Source of the DNA: an uncultured virus (IMG/VR IMGVR_UViG_3300036770_008353) | Lineage: Duplodnaviria; Heunggongvirae; Uroviricota; Caudoviricetes | Virus record (IMG/VR): IMGVR_UViG_3300036770_008353 | DNA: 64,000 nucleotides | Strand: one strand, 5' to 3' | In this document: piece by piece, positions 1 to 9,458 of the stretch | How the letters are laid out: each line of letters opens with the position of its first letter | Position numbering within the stretch: the first letter of the stretch is position 1 | Translations under genes and position numbers: made by a program | Notes under the pieces: model-generated | What the model saw: only the letters and a program-made list of their open reading frames with translations | What the model was told of the DNA's origin: nothing | The model's database searches: none

Positions 1-30
1 CAGATTCGCCCAATCGATAGGCTTTGTCAT
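1..30 (-). CDS. 5' end of a gene running off the window (MTKPIDWANL...)
   Basis: ATG at 30, open to position 1, preceded by a -10-like TAGGAT 6 nt upstream. Confidence 0.5.
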   Translation of the reverse strand, partial: MTKPIDWANL

Positions 31-46
31 GTTCTTATCCTAACAT

Positions 47-412
47 TTAATATCCATTCTTTACACGCTGAACGTTGATTGCGCCTTTCTTCATGAAAGC
101 CTCATGAAGTTCTTCGGCCGAAATTCCGCTATAAATTACAATGCCGAAGAAGTAGTGTAGGGCGTCGACGAGCTCTTCCTTGTAGGATTCACGATCGAAA
201 TCTTTGATGTCTGTGACGCGGTGGTTCTTACTGTTCTTTAGCAGGTGATTTGCCTCAAAGAGCTCATGCATGCATTCGTGGGCGAGTCCCTTGAGGATCT
301 GCTGGTTCTTTTTCAGAGAAAGATCCAGTGGAAAATCTGGATACTGTCTCTCGTCACGAAGCAGAATGTTGAAGTCCCGCTGCTGATTGTACATCTCTTC
401 AAGCTTATCCAT
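47..412 (-). CDS. MazG-like / dimeric dUTPase-type all-alpha NTP pyrophosphatase
   Basis: ExxE...EExxD acidic motifs (HELFEA...KEELVDALHYF), 121 aa helical protein. Confidence 0.75.
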   Translation of the reverse strand: MDKLEEMYNQQRDFNILLRDERQYPDFPLDLSLKKNQQILKGLAHECMHELFEANHLLKNSKNHRVTDIKDFDRESYKEELVDALHYFFGIVIYSGISAEELHEAFMKKGAINVQRVKNGY

Positions 413-441
413 GTTGCTATTGTACTCCTAATCTTTAATTT

Positions 442-1446
442 TTACATCACCTGGGCTGCGATTAAACATCCACGAGCAACGGCATGTAGGGGATCTGCTG
501 CGTGGCGTACCTCTTTGACAGGAAGTGGGAAGCCATTGTCCTTCAACTTTGAAGCAAACATGTCGACGAATCCCTTGGCCTTGGATGTACCACCTGCAAC
601 CACGACTGGAAGATCACCCTTGAATTTTGGAAGTGACTTGTGGCCGTCCATCGCCGCTGCAAGTTGCTTCGTAGTGTAGTCGATAAGACGTTCATAATAG
701 GCTGCCACAGCGGCGAGGACCTGGTTATCGTTGGGTTGACCGACGGTGAACTCTCCTGACTCTTTTTCGGCCTGGACAATTGAATCTGTCTCACCTGTCG
801 CGACTGCGGACATACGATCGACCCAATCACCGGACTTTGTGGTGGAGAACTTGACCACAGGTTCACCGTTGAGCATGACGCAGACGTTGACCATACCTGC
901 GCCCCATGAGAGGCAGACACCTGTGTAGTCATCCTTGTCGAGTTCAGAGTAGCAAAGCGCCTCGGCCTCGTTGATGGCACGAGCATCGTAACCGACCTCG
1001 GCGAGGAGCTTGACGATGACGTCCTCATGGTAACCAACGTCGAAATCGTCGTCTTCTTGATCGATTGGTTGAGCAGGGACGCAGAAGACTAGCTTTTCAC
1101 CGGGCTCGGAGGGTGAGGCTGCGACCTCCTTGAGGATGTATGTCAAAATGCGACGGGCATCCTTTTCCTTGGATGATACGACACCACGGTACATTGGACG
1201 CTTCGCCGAGTCGTTTCTCTCCACGGCCTTTTCGATTGCGTCGGAGCCGAGGAGGATGAATGAACCATCAGTGTCCTTGACAAATGTCTTGCCAGCCAAA
1301 CCCTTTTCGATCATCTTGGCGGCGATCGGTGTTGTTGGCTTGAGGACGTAGAATGCGTCCCGGAAGTCCTTGTAGACCACCTTGCCCTTTGAACCCTCAG
1401 ATGCAAGAACGATGAATGATGTACCGACGTCTAAACCTTTAGCCAT
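442..1446 (-). CDS. Actin-fold ATPase (MreB/FtsA superfamily), volactin-like
   Basis: Phosphate-1 GLDVGT, connect-1 INEAEA, phosphate-2 SWGAGMVN, adenosine VVVAGGTS, connect-2 DPLHAVARG. Confidence 0.9.
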   Translation of the reverse strand: MAKGLDVGTSFIVLASEGSKGKVVYKDFRDAFYVLKPTTPIAAKMIEKGLAGKTFVKDTDGSFILLGSDAIEKAVERNDSAKRPMYRGVVSSKEKDARRILTYILKEVAASPSEPGEKLVFCVPAQPIDQEDDDFDVGYHEDVIVKLLAEVGYDARAINEAEALCYSELDKDDYTGVCLSWGAGMVNVCVMLNGEPVVKFSTTKSGDWVDRMSAVATGETDSIVQAEKESGEFTVGQPNDNQVLAAVAAYYERLIDYTTKQLAAAMDGHKSLPKFKGDLPVVVAGGTSKAKGFVDMFASKLKDNGFPLPVKEVRHAADPLHAVARGCLIAAQVM

Positions 1447-2269
1447 TGTTTTCTCCTAATTTACTTTCTATAAATTTTACGTCAAGCCCTGTAAACCTGT
1501 TGCGCATTGTTTGGATTGCGTCTGGGCTTGAATCACCTGTAATGAATTTTCTATTTGCTTCCATAGCCGCGGCCGCTGTTGAACCCGACCCTCCAAAAGG
1601 ATCAAGAACAATGTCTCCTTCATTTGACGATGCAACAATTGCACGCTTCATTAATTTAATTGGTTTCTGGTTGGGGTATCCTATTCTCTCTTTGGACGCT
1701 GTTCCTACGATGCTCATGCTCCACACGTCTGTTGGAACCTGACCTTCAGCTATTCTTTTCTCTGCCTCTTCCCTCGATCTACCAACATACTGTAGCTCTG
1801 GTGCGGCATATGGAATCCTGTCTATATCTTTCCAATTGAAAGTGTGCTTGCCCATCTCCTTGGTGTAGACAAGGATGGTGTCATGCTTCTGAGGCCAACG
1901 ATCCTTTCCTCGTCCACCAAAGTTGTAGGACCAAACAACCTCGTTGAGGAAGTTTTCCATTCCAAAGATTCCATCACACATCACCTTAGCATAGTGTACC
2001 CACCTCCAGTCCATGTGGAGGTACATGGTACCAGTAGGTTTCAGAACCCTGTGCATTTCAATCAGGTGAGGCTCAAGAAAATCGAGGTAATTCTCGTACT
2101 TATCGCTATACTCAATTTTAGAGACGGTTTTCCCGGCCTTCTTCCGGTCCATCGTCTGTGTGTTTCCTGTGCCGAACGGAGGATCGGTGTAGATAAGATC
2201 GATTGATTCATTAGGAATCGAACAAAGCAAGTCAAGGGCTGTGCCCCTGTGGACAACGTTTAGATCCAT
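1439..2269 (-). CDS. N6A/N4C DNA methyltransferase (beta-class motif order)
   Basis: Catalytic TDPPF precedes YPNQKP and SAM-binding LDPFGGSGST. Confidence 0.9.
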   Translation of the reverse strand: MDLNVVHRGTALDLLCSIPNESIDLIYTDPPFGTGNTQTMDRKKAGKTVSKIEYSDKYENYLDFLEPHLIEMHRVLKPTGTMYLHMDWRWVHYAKVMCDGIFGMENFLNEVVWSYNFGGRGKDRWPQKHDTILVYTKEMGKHTFNWKDIDRIPYAAPELQYVGRSREEAEKRIAEGQVPTDVWSMSIVGTASKERIGYPNQKPIKLMKRAIVASSNEGDIVLDPFGGSGSTAAAAMEANRKFITGDSSPDAIQTMRNRFTGLDVKFIESKLGENNG

Positions 2270-2282
2270 TGAATTGCTATTA

Positions 2283-2585
2283 TTACTTACGTTGCTTCAG
2301 TTGTGCAAGCCTAGAAACAGATGAACCTATGTCATCATCGACAGCGGAGGTCTTGCCTAGTTCGTTTCCTGTCTTGACGAATTTGTCGTCTGAAACTTTT
2401 GTGACGTACCTTGCTTCATCGATCTTCAAAATCTTCATTTTCGTCATCGTTTCATTTCGACTACCAAAACGCACCTTAGGCTCTTCTTGCGAATTCGAAG
2501 AACTATTTTTTGTAATACGACTAAGCACAAAACCAAGGAAAAAACCACATTGAAAAGCAGCGAAAATAATCAGCTCATGCGTCAT
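2283..2585 (-). CDS. Small membrane-anchored protein, possible partner of the actin-like ATPase
   Basis: N-terminal hydrophobic helix (LIIFAAFQCGFFLGFVLS), soluble tail ending in amphipathic SSVSRLAQLKQRK. Confidence 0.6.
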   Translation of the reverse strand: MTHELIIFAAFQCGFFLGFVLSRITKNSSSNSQEEPKVRFGSRNETMTKMKILKIDEARYVTKVSDDKFVKTGNELGKTSAVDDDIGSSVSRLAQLKQRK

Positions 2586-3528
2586 TGGTCGCTCTCATGT
2601 ACTCGATCATTCGATCCAATCCAATATCTAGGTCAATTCTTGGCTCCCAATCCAGTATTTTTTTGGCAAGCGTTATGTCAGGTTGTCGTTGTTTTGGATC
2701 GTCTTTTGGAAGAGGAAGAAATTCTATGCTTCCTCCCAATCTTAATTTGATTTTTTCAGCCAATTCAATGATCGTAAATTCGCTAGGGTTACCAACATTT
2801 ATAGGTGTGTTCGGATTGCTTGAAAGATTGCCTAACGCAAGAATGCCTCTAATCATGTCAGTGACATAACAAAAAGAACGTGACTGGAAACCATCTCCGT
2901 AGATTGTCATCGGCTTTCCCGCCAATGTTTGGCCAATCATATTTGTTATGACTCTGCCGTCGTGAGGGTCCATCCTAGGGCCGTACGTATTGAATATTCT
3001 AACTAGCCTCGCGTCGATGCCTCGTTTATGTGTGTGATCAAAGCATAAGGCTTCAGCGGCACGTTTACCTTCATCATAACATGATCTGGGCCCATATGAG
3101 TTGACACAGCCCCTATAGGCTTCTGGTTGAGGATGCACCATTGGGTCGCCGTAGACCTCCGACGTCGACGCCTGAACAAAGACGGTTTTGGCTGACGCCA
3201 AAGACAGCGCGTTGTTTGTTCCTACGACACATGTCATCATCGTTTCAATTGGAACATTTTGATAGATAGGCGGTGAGGCAGGACAAGCAAAATTATAGAT
3301 CAGGTCAAAAGACAGATGTGCATGCGTTTGAATAAATGCAGAAGATGCTATGTCCTGCCTGCTGAACGTATAATTCTTGTTAGAAACAGCGCTTCTGTGA
3401 TGCCTTGAGACAGGGCTAGAAGAACAAAAATTGTCAACTCCATATACTTTATCGCCTATCTGTAAGTGATGCTCTACAAGATAGCTGCCTATGAAACCTG
3501 CAGCACCTGTCACTAATATAGATTTCAT
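2575..3528 (-). CDS. UDP-glucuronate decarboxylase-like extended SDR (UDP-xylose synthase family)
   Basis: TGAAGFIG, ACPASP, STSEVYGDP, YDEGKR, RIFNTYGP, DDPKQRQPDI motifs. Confidence 0.9.
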   Translation of the reverse strand: MKSILVTGAAGFIGSYLVEHHLQIGDKVYGVDNFCSSSPVSRHHRSAVSNKNYTFSRQDIASSAFIQTHAHLSFDLIYNFACPASPPIYQNVPIETMMTCVVGTNNALSLASAKTVFVQASTSEVYGDPMVHPQPEAYRGCVNSYGPRSCYDEGKRAAEALCFDHTHKRGIDARLVRIFNTYGPRMDPHDGRVITNMIGQTLAGKPMTIYGDGFQSRSFCYVTDMIRGILALGNLSSNPNTPINVGNPSEFTIIELAEKIKLRLGGSIEFLPLPKDDPKQRQPDITLAKKILDWEPRIDLDIGLDRMIEYMRATNDA

Positions 3529-3575
3529 AAGAAATATTATAACGTTTTTTTAGATTCTGTCTATATTTAAGGGAC

Positions 3576-4193
3576 ATGAAAGATTACAGCAGCCTTTTAA
3601 ATGAAAAATTTGGTACACCTATCGGCGAAGTGCCAGGCATAACCTCCGTTGGAGCCGTAGGCGTTCGTGATGAAGAAACATGTCCTGACTGTGAAATGCC
3701 TGTCGTTGAAGGCATGTGTGGATGTGATGAATCTAATGAAGGTTATGAAGATGAAGAAGGCGTGCTTAGCGTCGGAGAAGATGACTCCGATTGTTGCGAT
3801 GATTGCGGAATGATGGTTGTAGACGGCTCATGTGGATGTGGTGAAGAATGTCCGCACTGCAACCAAATGCCTGCAGCAGGATCGTGTGGATGCAGCGATA
3901 CCTCGGATTCAAATTGGTATACTATGGCTTCTGAAGAAGCATCAGAAGAGTACTTAAAAGAGGCTGATAAGGTCTGTGATGAGTGCGGAATGAATGAATC
4001 CATGTGTGAGTGCGGAATGAATGAATCAAAGAAAAGAAAAGGTCCTTCAAAAAAAGCGGCACAAAAAATACTTAAAGGAACAAAAACTTTTGCTCAAAAG
4101 ATGCAAAAAGTTTCAGGTTGGGCAAAAGAACCTGCCGCAGCGGCAGCATGGATGATGCATAAAGCTATAGGTAAGTGGCCATCTGAAAAGTAA
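3576..4193 (+). CDS. Cys-rich acidic protein with four CxxC..CxC units and a basic C-terminus
   Basis: 17 Cys in repeats such as CPDCEMPVVEGMCGC, CDDCGMMVVDGSCGC, CPHCNQMPAAGSCGC; ATATTTA motif just upstream. Confidence 0.7.
   Translation: MKDYSSLLNEKFGTPIGEVPGITSVGAVGVRDEETCPDCEMPVVEGMCGCDESNEGYEDEEGVLSVGEDDSDCCDDCGMMVVDGSCGCGEECPHCNQMPAAGSCGCSDTSDSNWYTMASEEASEEYLKEADKVCDECGMNESMCECGMNESKKRKGPSKKAAQKILKGTKTFAQKMQKVSGWAKEPAAAAAWMMHKAIGKWPSEK
3981..4027 (+). repeat. 20-bp perfect direct repeat (GAGTGCGGAATGAATGAATC x2, 27-nt period)
   Basis: Copies at 3981-4000 and 4008-4027; encodes ECGMNES twice. Confidence 0.95.
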
Positions 4194-5276
4194 TCAAGAA
4201 TTCTTACCGTGTGATCCATTTTCTCTAACACCGCTTGAAGAAACGCCAATAAATTTTGCCTTGGCCCGAAGTTCTCTAATGGTCCTGGCGCCTGAATAAG
4301 ATAGCCCTGATCGGACTCCATCCATCAATTCGATCAGGGTTTGTCTCATTGAGCCCTTATATGGTACAAGCGTTGAATCGCCTTCAACAACGGAAACCTT
4401 TCCACGCCATTCAAGCTGCGCTTCGCGTGAAGCCATTCCTCGAAATTTTTTGAAAAGCGGAATGTCATTCTTCCAGTTAGGACTGTGCGGAACACCGCGC
4501 TTATCAACAATCTCACCTGGGGATTCATCATGGCCTGCAAGGATTGAGCCTAGCATCACCATGTCGGCACCGGCTGCGAGGGCTTTCACTGCGTCACCAG
4601 AGTTTCGAATGCCTCCATCGGCGATTATGTAGACGTCACGATCCGACTTTGCGCAATCGATTACTGATTGCAACGTTGGAATCCCGTGACCTGTCCTGAC
4701 ACGAGTCGTGCACATTGAACCACCGCCTACCCCAACACGAATCGAATCAGAACCCCAGTCGGCCAATGCGTTGAATGCCTCGAGGGTCGCGACGTTGCCT
4801 GTCATGATATGAACAGATTTGCCAAATCTTGATCGAAGAGCGGAAAGCGCATTCTTTACATTTACGTGATGGCCGTGTGCAACATCAACACAAAAAGCGC
4901 GACACCCAACAGAATATAAAGCAGCGGCGCGTTCAAGATAATCGCCTGTTGCACCAATCGCCACCATAACGTTGTTTGATGATGTCTTGCCCATCGATGT
5001 CGTTTCAAGATACGCCTGGCGTGTTTCTTCGATCGAGCAATATCGATGCAAGACACCGAATCCTCCCACATCCGCAAGGACGGCAGCTGCAACTGGACCT
5101 ATCACCGTGTCCATTGGTGATCCGACAATTGGACACGTAAGATGAGGCTTTCCTTCAACAAGGTTCATAAATGACGTATCAAATCCAGGAACTGACAGAT
5201 CAACGCTTGAGCGTGATTCAATTTCTGAATACTGCGGGACCAAAAGAACATCGTCAAAACAAACTGCCCTGTTCAT
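4194..5276 (-). CDS. IMP dehydrogenase / GMP reductase family protein without CBS domains
   Basis: [36 protein letters not shown] (catalytic Cys), [21 protein letters not shown]. Confidence 0.92.
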   Translation of the reverse strand: MNRAVCFDDVLLVPQYSEIESRSSVDLSVPGFDTSFMNLVEGKPHLTCPIVGSPMDTVIGPVAAAVLADVGGFGVLHRYCSIEETRQAYLETTSMGKTSSNNVMVAIGATGDYLERAAALYSVGCRAFCVDVAHGHHVNVKNALSALRSRFGKSVHIMTGNVATLEAFNALADWGSDSIRVGVGGGSMCTTRVRTGHGIPTLQSVIDCAKSDRDVYIIADGGIRNSGDAVKALAAGADMVMLGSILAGHDESPGEIVDKRGVPHSPNWKNDIPLFKKFRGMASREAQLEWRGKVSVVEGDSTLVPYKGSMRQTLIELMDGVRSGLSYSGARTIRELRAKAKFIGVSSSGVRENGSHGKNS

Positions 5277-5301
5277 ATGATGATATTACATCCTCACGAC
5301 G

Positions 5302-5871
5302 TCATTTACAAGACAAGAAAGCTTCTTGCACTGACATAAAATTTGAAAAAAGAGCATGCGACTTGATGGCATTTTTGGCCGAGACGGGAGTAAAATTATT
5401 TCTGTCGACGGCGACATTGTAATGATTCTCAAACTCGTCGATGTCACACCTGTGAACATGCCCGTGCACGACTTGCTCAACGACACCAAGTTTATCAGGA
5501 ATAAATCCTCTAGAAAAAGCTTCATGTAACGGATAGTGAATCAGCAGCACTCCACCAAGATTCAACGAGTCATGGACAGACCTAAATCCTGCCTGCACAT
5601 ACCAGTCATCTGGCTGGTGATCATGGTTGCCTCTAATGAGGATTTTCGTTCCTTTTAGGGATCCAATTAGTCTGCACAGATCGTTTTCGCGTCCTTTTAG
5701 TCCCGCCGAAAGATCGCCGAGATGAAACACGACATCGTCATCACCTACAGTAGAATTCCAATTGCTGACCATCGCGGTGTTCATCTCGTCTACACTAGCG
5801 TGTGGTCTACCGCAGTATTTAATAATGTTTGCATGAAAGTAATGATTGTCAGACGAGAAATAAACATTCAT
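5302..5871 (-). CDS. Calcineurin-like metallophosphoesterase (phage type)
   Basis: SDNH, LGD, GNHD, HYP, HGHVH motifs. Confidence 0.88.
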   Translation of the reverse strand: MNVYFSSDNHYFHANIIKYCGRPHASVDEMNTAMVSNWNSTVGDDDVVFHLGDLSAGLKGRENDLCRLIGSLKGTKILIRGNHDHQPDDWYVQAGFRSVHDSLNLGGVLLIHYPLHEAFSRGFIPDKLGVVEQVVHGHVHRCDIDEFENHYNVAVDRNNFTPVSAKNAIKSHALFSNFMSVQEAFLSCK

Positions 5872-5920
5872 TTAAGAACAATGATACTTCATGCAGCAAC
5901 AGGTTTGCACGAACAGGTTT

Positions 5921-7174
5921 TTAACTAATCAACAAAGAAATATAGGCCCTGAGCAGCGATTCCTTGCGAATCTTGTAAGATCCATAATAAGCATCAAGAA
6001 CCTGCTGATCAACTTCAGGCAGAAAAGGGAATGTTTTTCTAAACATCTCAACGGCTCCCATTTTTGCAGCTCGATCTACGTCAGGACTTTTTGCATCCAA
6101 TCGTTGAGCTCCTCGACCAAATAGCTTTTCATACACAAAATCTTCGTAAATTGCAGCGACTTGATCATCGGTGAAATATGTTGACATGACGTCAAGAACG
6201 CCAGTAAAAGAACCGAAAGATGCGACCTCGGCAGGGGTAGGTTCTTTGCCGAACAGCAAAGAAAATATCTGTGAAAGATTAGTCACGTATGAAGATTCGC
6301 CTGTGGACGTTTCTTTGTATGCTAACTTTCCATTTATAACAACAGGTTTACCCACCAACCTGGGTGGAACTTCAGGCAAATCTGGGTAATGCTGTAGCTC
6401 TACTGCTGATCTTAGCCCATACTGAACTGCGAATGATAACAACTTCACAGCGCTTGTCTTCTTAGCTATTTTCACAGCTGAAGGAGGATAAAGTGGGCTG
6501 TTGGAGGCCAACAATATGGCATCGGGCTGCGCTGAAGATGTGGTCAAAGATCTCAAGAGATACTTGTGAAAGACTCCCTTTATTCCTTGCTGGATATCTT
6601 CCCATGAAGAAGAATGACTAAACTTGGCAAACTGTGTAGGTTTGCCCTTCTCATATTCGACGGCCTCGAAGTCCACCTGAAGAAACAACGGCGGTAGCTT
6701 CGGCGCATACTTGTAAGCAAACAACGAATTTATCTGTTCGCCTGAATGCGATTTCTTATTCTGTCCTATGTACCATATTTTTCTTGGTATAATTTGCGCC
6801 TGCTCAAGCGATGCCAGTAGCTCAAACAACGTCTCGGCTTTTTCTGCAGGAATCGTTAGATCGATGTCACCAACCAATGGTTTGTATTTTGTGAAATCCT
6901 TATCGGAGATCTTGCTATTGAACAAGTGCTCAGAAGATCCATTGAAAGCTTGCCCTGATGATAACAAAGAATCTCTTTTCTTTGGATCCCAGATTGGTTC
7001 ACCATAATTTTCTTCATGTAGTTTATCAAGTTTTTTAAAGGCAGCAATAACATCGGCACGAAAAGTGTCTCTGTCTATCTTAGTAAAATCGACTTTATCG
7101 GCATACCCAGGCCGTCCCATGAAGTCGACGACCTTGCCTGTGGTCCTATCGATTGCTGTTGTATTGCCACCCAT
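5921..7174 (-). CDS. Hypothetical protein with putative Pol-beta-type nucleotidyltransferase motif
   Basis: NGSS...GDIDL...QVDF arrangement resembles hG[GS]...DxD...D, with a longer than usual spacer. Confidence 0.5.
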   Translation of the reverse strand: MGGNTTAIDRTTGKVVDFMGRPGYADKVDFTKIDRDTFRADVIAAFKKLDKLHEENYGEPIWDPKKRDSLLSSGQAFNGSSEHLFNSKISDKDFTKYKPLVGDIDLTIPAEKAETLFELLASLEQAQIIPRKIWYIGQNKKSHSGEQINSLFAYKYAPKLPPLFLQVDFEAVEYEKGKPTQFAKFSHSSSWEDIQQGIKGVFHKYLLRSLTTSSAQPDAILLASNSPLYPPSAVKIAKKTSAVKLLSFAVQYGLRSAVELQHYPDLPEVPPRLVGKPVVINGKLAYKETSTGESSYVTNLSQIFSLLFGKEPTPAEVASFGSFTGVLDVMSTYFTDDQVAAIYEDFVYEKLFGRGAQRLDAKSPDVDRAAKMGAVEMFRKTFPFLPEVDQQVLDAYYGSYKIRKESLLRAYISLLIS

Positions 7175-7182
7175 AAAAAACT

Positions 7183-7677
7183 CTACAGGTCTTCTGGTTC
7201 AGAATCATCGCCTTGGACATAGCCCCAATCGCCATTTTTCCAAGCCTGCATTTCTTTTTCTGTTATTCTTGCGAAGCTCTCAGTAAGCCTGCTAAACTTA
7301 CGCATGTAAGCCTCACTGGCAACCATTGGAACAGTTGTCGGCATTGGATTGGGCTGCATCTGCTGCTTGGCTTTTTTGTCACGCATTTTTTGATCGCCTA
7401 GCATATAATCCTTGACGTGTTCAAGATCGCGGTGGGCACCTGCGACGAGGTCTTGACACCACGCTGGCACTTGATCACCGTTTTCAAGAAGATCGCAGAT
7501 TGTCGACGCCATGTCCTTTATGTTAGACATTCTTGATTTTAGCATGGAGCCTTCATCATCCATGGGATTACCGGAATCAAAGCCATGAAGAAAACGCTGT
7601 GGATCTTTGTCGTTAGTTTTAGCTAAAGAAACCTCTTCAGCTATTAGTTGTTTTAATTGATTCAATGTAATTTTCAT
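7183..7677 (-). CDS. Hypothetical protein with N-terminal MKITLNQLKQLIAEE motif
   Basis: 164-aa ORF in operon context; shares an N-terminal motif with several other ORFs. Confidence 0.7.
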   Translation of the reverse strand: MKITLNQLKQLIAEEVSLAKTNDKDPQRFLHGFDSGNPMDDEGSMLKSRMSNIKDMASTICDLLENGDQVPAWCQDLVAGAHRDLEHVKDYMLGDQKMRDKKAKQQMQPNPMPTTVPMVASEAYMRKFSRLTESFARITEKEMQAWKNGDWGYVQGDDSEPEDL

Positions 7678-7680
7678 TTT

Positions 7681-8235
7681 TCACACCGCTGGCTTTGAGC
7701 ATCTCTGTTTTAGCAGATAAACATGCCCTTCATGCTTATCAGCAATGTCCTGAAGCATGTTGTCTACTCCATTCGATAGCATTCCACACTCTTCCAATGA
7801 CGACCTGCAGCTGTCAATCACTTTCAAAAAGTTCATTTCGGCAACAAGAGATTTTCTTGCAAGATCAGACGATTGGGGAATCATAGAAGCAGAGCCGACA
7901 CCAGAAAGAAGCTTCACGATCTGCGAATGAATGATCAGCGGATCAACGTTTGAAGTGCTGGCCAGTCCGACTGCTTTTTCAGCAACAGGATCAATTTCTG
8001 CGTCGACCGCTTCGTATAGTCTTGAAAAAAGAAGATGATCACCATAAAAGGGATCTCCCATACATGTCCAATGATGATTCTCATGAAGGGTCGCAAGAAA
8101 CTTCAAATGTGACAAAACGACAGACAGCTGACAGTAAGGTAAACCTTTCCACTCAGCCATCATGTTATCGAATATGACATCGCTGTTCGGTTCGATAACG
8201 ACATAAACATCCTCAGAAAGCTGCTTTCGTTTCAT
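7681..8235 (-). CDS. Dps/ferritin-like protein
   Basis: HHW..GDPFYGDHLLF..LY...D..AE ferroxidase-like pattern; start placed at ATG 8235, which overlaps the upstream stop (ATGA) and follows GGAGG. Confidence 0.75.
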   Translation of the reverse strand: MKRKQLSEDVYVVIEPNSDVIFDNMMAEWKGLPYCQLSVVLSHLKFLATLHENHHWTCMGDPFYGDHLLFSRLYEAVDAEIDPVAEKAVGLASTSNVDPLIIHSQIVKLLSGVGSASMIPQSSDLARKSLVAEMNFLKVIDSCRSSLEECGMLSNGVDNMLQDIADKHEGHVYLLKQRCSKPAV

Positions 8236-9401
8236 ACGACCTCCAAGTGAAACTTCACGCTTGATGCAGCGGCAGGGGACCATGATATCTTGTAAGGTTG
8301 ATTCTTTAACGACCGCTGCAAATTCCAATTCTTTACATACGCATTCAAGGCTTTTTCATCAACAGCTCTTAAATTTCCATATGGAACCGTAGCTGTTGAA
8401 GGAGCGATAACCTTGGAGTAACCCTCATTTATGCCTTGTTTTTTTCCAACGTTATAAGTTGCTTCCTTGGTGACTTCAAAAAGCTCTTCAAATTTTTCAA
8501 TGTAATTCCTAGAAGGCATTACCGACTCAACCAAAGACTCGACGAGGTCTATTTCTTCTGATATGATAGGCATAAAAGGCTCGTCAAGATTCTCGTGTAA
8601 TCGAAGACTTCTAACGATGCCTTTTAGCACGGACTCATCAACGCTGCCTCCCGATGAACCTCTTCTGTTCTCGCTGGCCTTTATTATGTCGGCGTCGCGC
8701 ATCTCCATGTGGTCATAGACGGCATCTAATAGCTTTTCATGATCAACCTCAATGCCTTGAGATTTGTAGCTATCACAAATGTTCTTCGCTATCTTTTCTT
8801 CCCAATTGCCTTCAAGATTGTTTCCGTAGGCAGTTGGACCATTGATAATCCTGTGGGCCAGTGTATTATACCATTCGTCTGTCAGACCAGGATGTTCGAG
8901 GCCATCAAAGGCGTCTTCGACATGCATGTCACCATACATGTCAAATTCTTTGTCGTCGACCTTGACTGACTCTGTCAGTTTTCTTAAACGATACTGCGTC
9001 TGAACATTGTCGTCAGACTTGTGCCTCGTTGCGAGCTTCGAAGCAAGGTCAAGAGGCAATCTTTTGACCAAGACAGCCCGTACTGCTGGGTGTCGATCAT
9101 CGATCATCGCTTTGACATGGCTTTCAGGAAGTAATCTTGCAACAAGCTTTCTTACTTCAACGCTGTCAGAATTCACGTGTTTCAGTAATATAGAAGCCTT
9201 CGCGTGAGGCATTGACCTGCCTGTCTTCTCAAAAATGTCAAGCTGGTAGTTGGCGCTCTCGGCCATGACAGTTACGCTATGCGTCGTAACGACCTTTGCT
9301 CCAACAGCACGGCTAATCTCTTGCTTCAGCGCATGAGAATATTTTTCGTCGTTTACGACGCTTTTAACGACTTTCTGTAGCTCTTCAAGCTTCAATTGCA
9401 T
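8232..9401 (-). CDS. Hypothetical protein with LRV/HEAT-like repeats
   Basis: SDSVEVRKLVARLLP / DDRHPAVRAVLVKRLP repeats. Confidence 0.6.
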   Translation of the reverse strand: MQLKLEELQKVVKSVVNDEKYSHALKQEISRAVGAKVVTTHSVTVMAESANYQLDIFEKTGRSMPHAKASILLKHVNSDSVEVRKLVARLLPESHVKAMIDDRHPAVRAVLVKRLPLDLASKLATRHKSDDNVQTQYRLRKLTESVKVDDKEFDMYGDMHVEDAFDGLEHPGLTDEWYNTLAHRIINGPTAYGNNLEGNWEEKIAKNICDSYKSQGIEVDHEKLLDAVYDHMEMRDADIIKASENRRGSSGGSVDESVLKGIVRSLRLHENLDEPFMPIISEEIDLVESLVESVMPSRNYIEKFEELFEVTKEATYNVGKKQGINEGYSKVIAPSTATVPYGNLRAVDEKALNAYVKNWNLQRSLKNQPYKISWSPAAASSVKFHLEVV

Positions 9402-9458
9402 GAAAAAATGACTCCTACACGACTAAATATGTTTTAGCGTTGTTATTTTTGCAAATAA

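Noticed and set aside
3981..4027. Direct repeats as a mini-CRISPR array
   Set aside because: Only two copies with a 7-nt spacer, in frame inside a CDS
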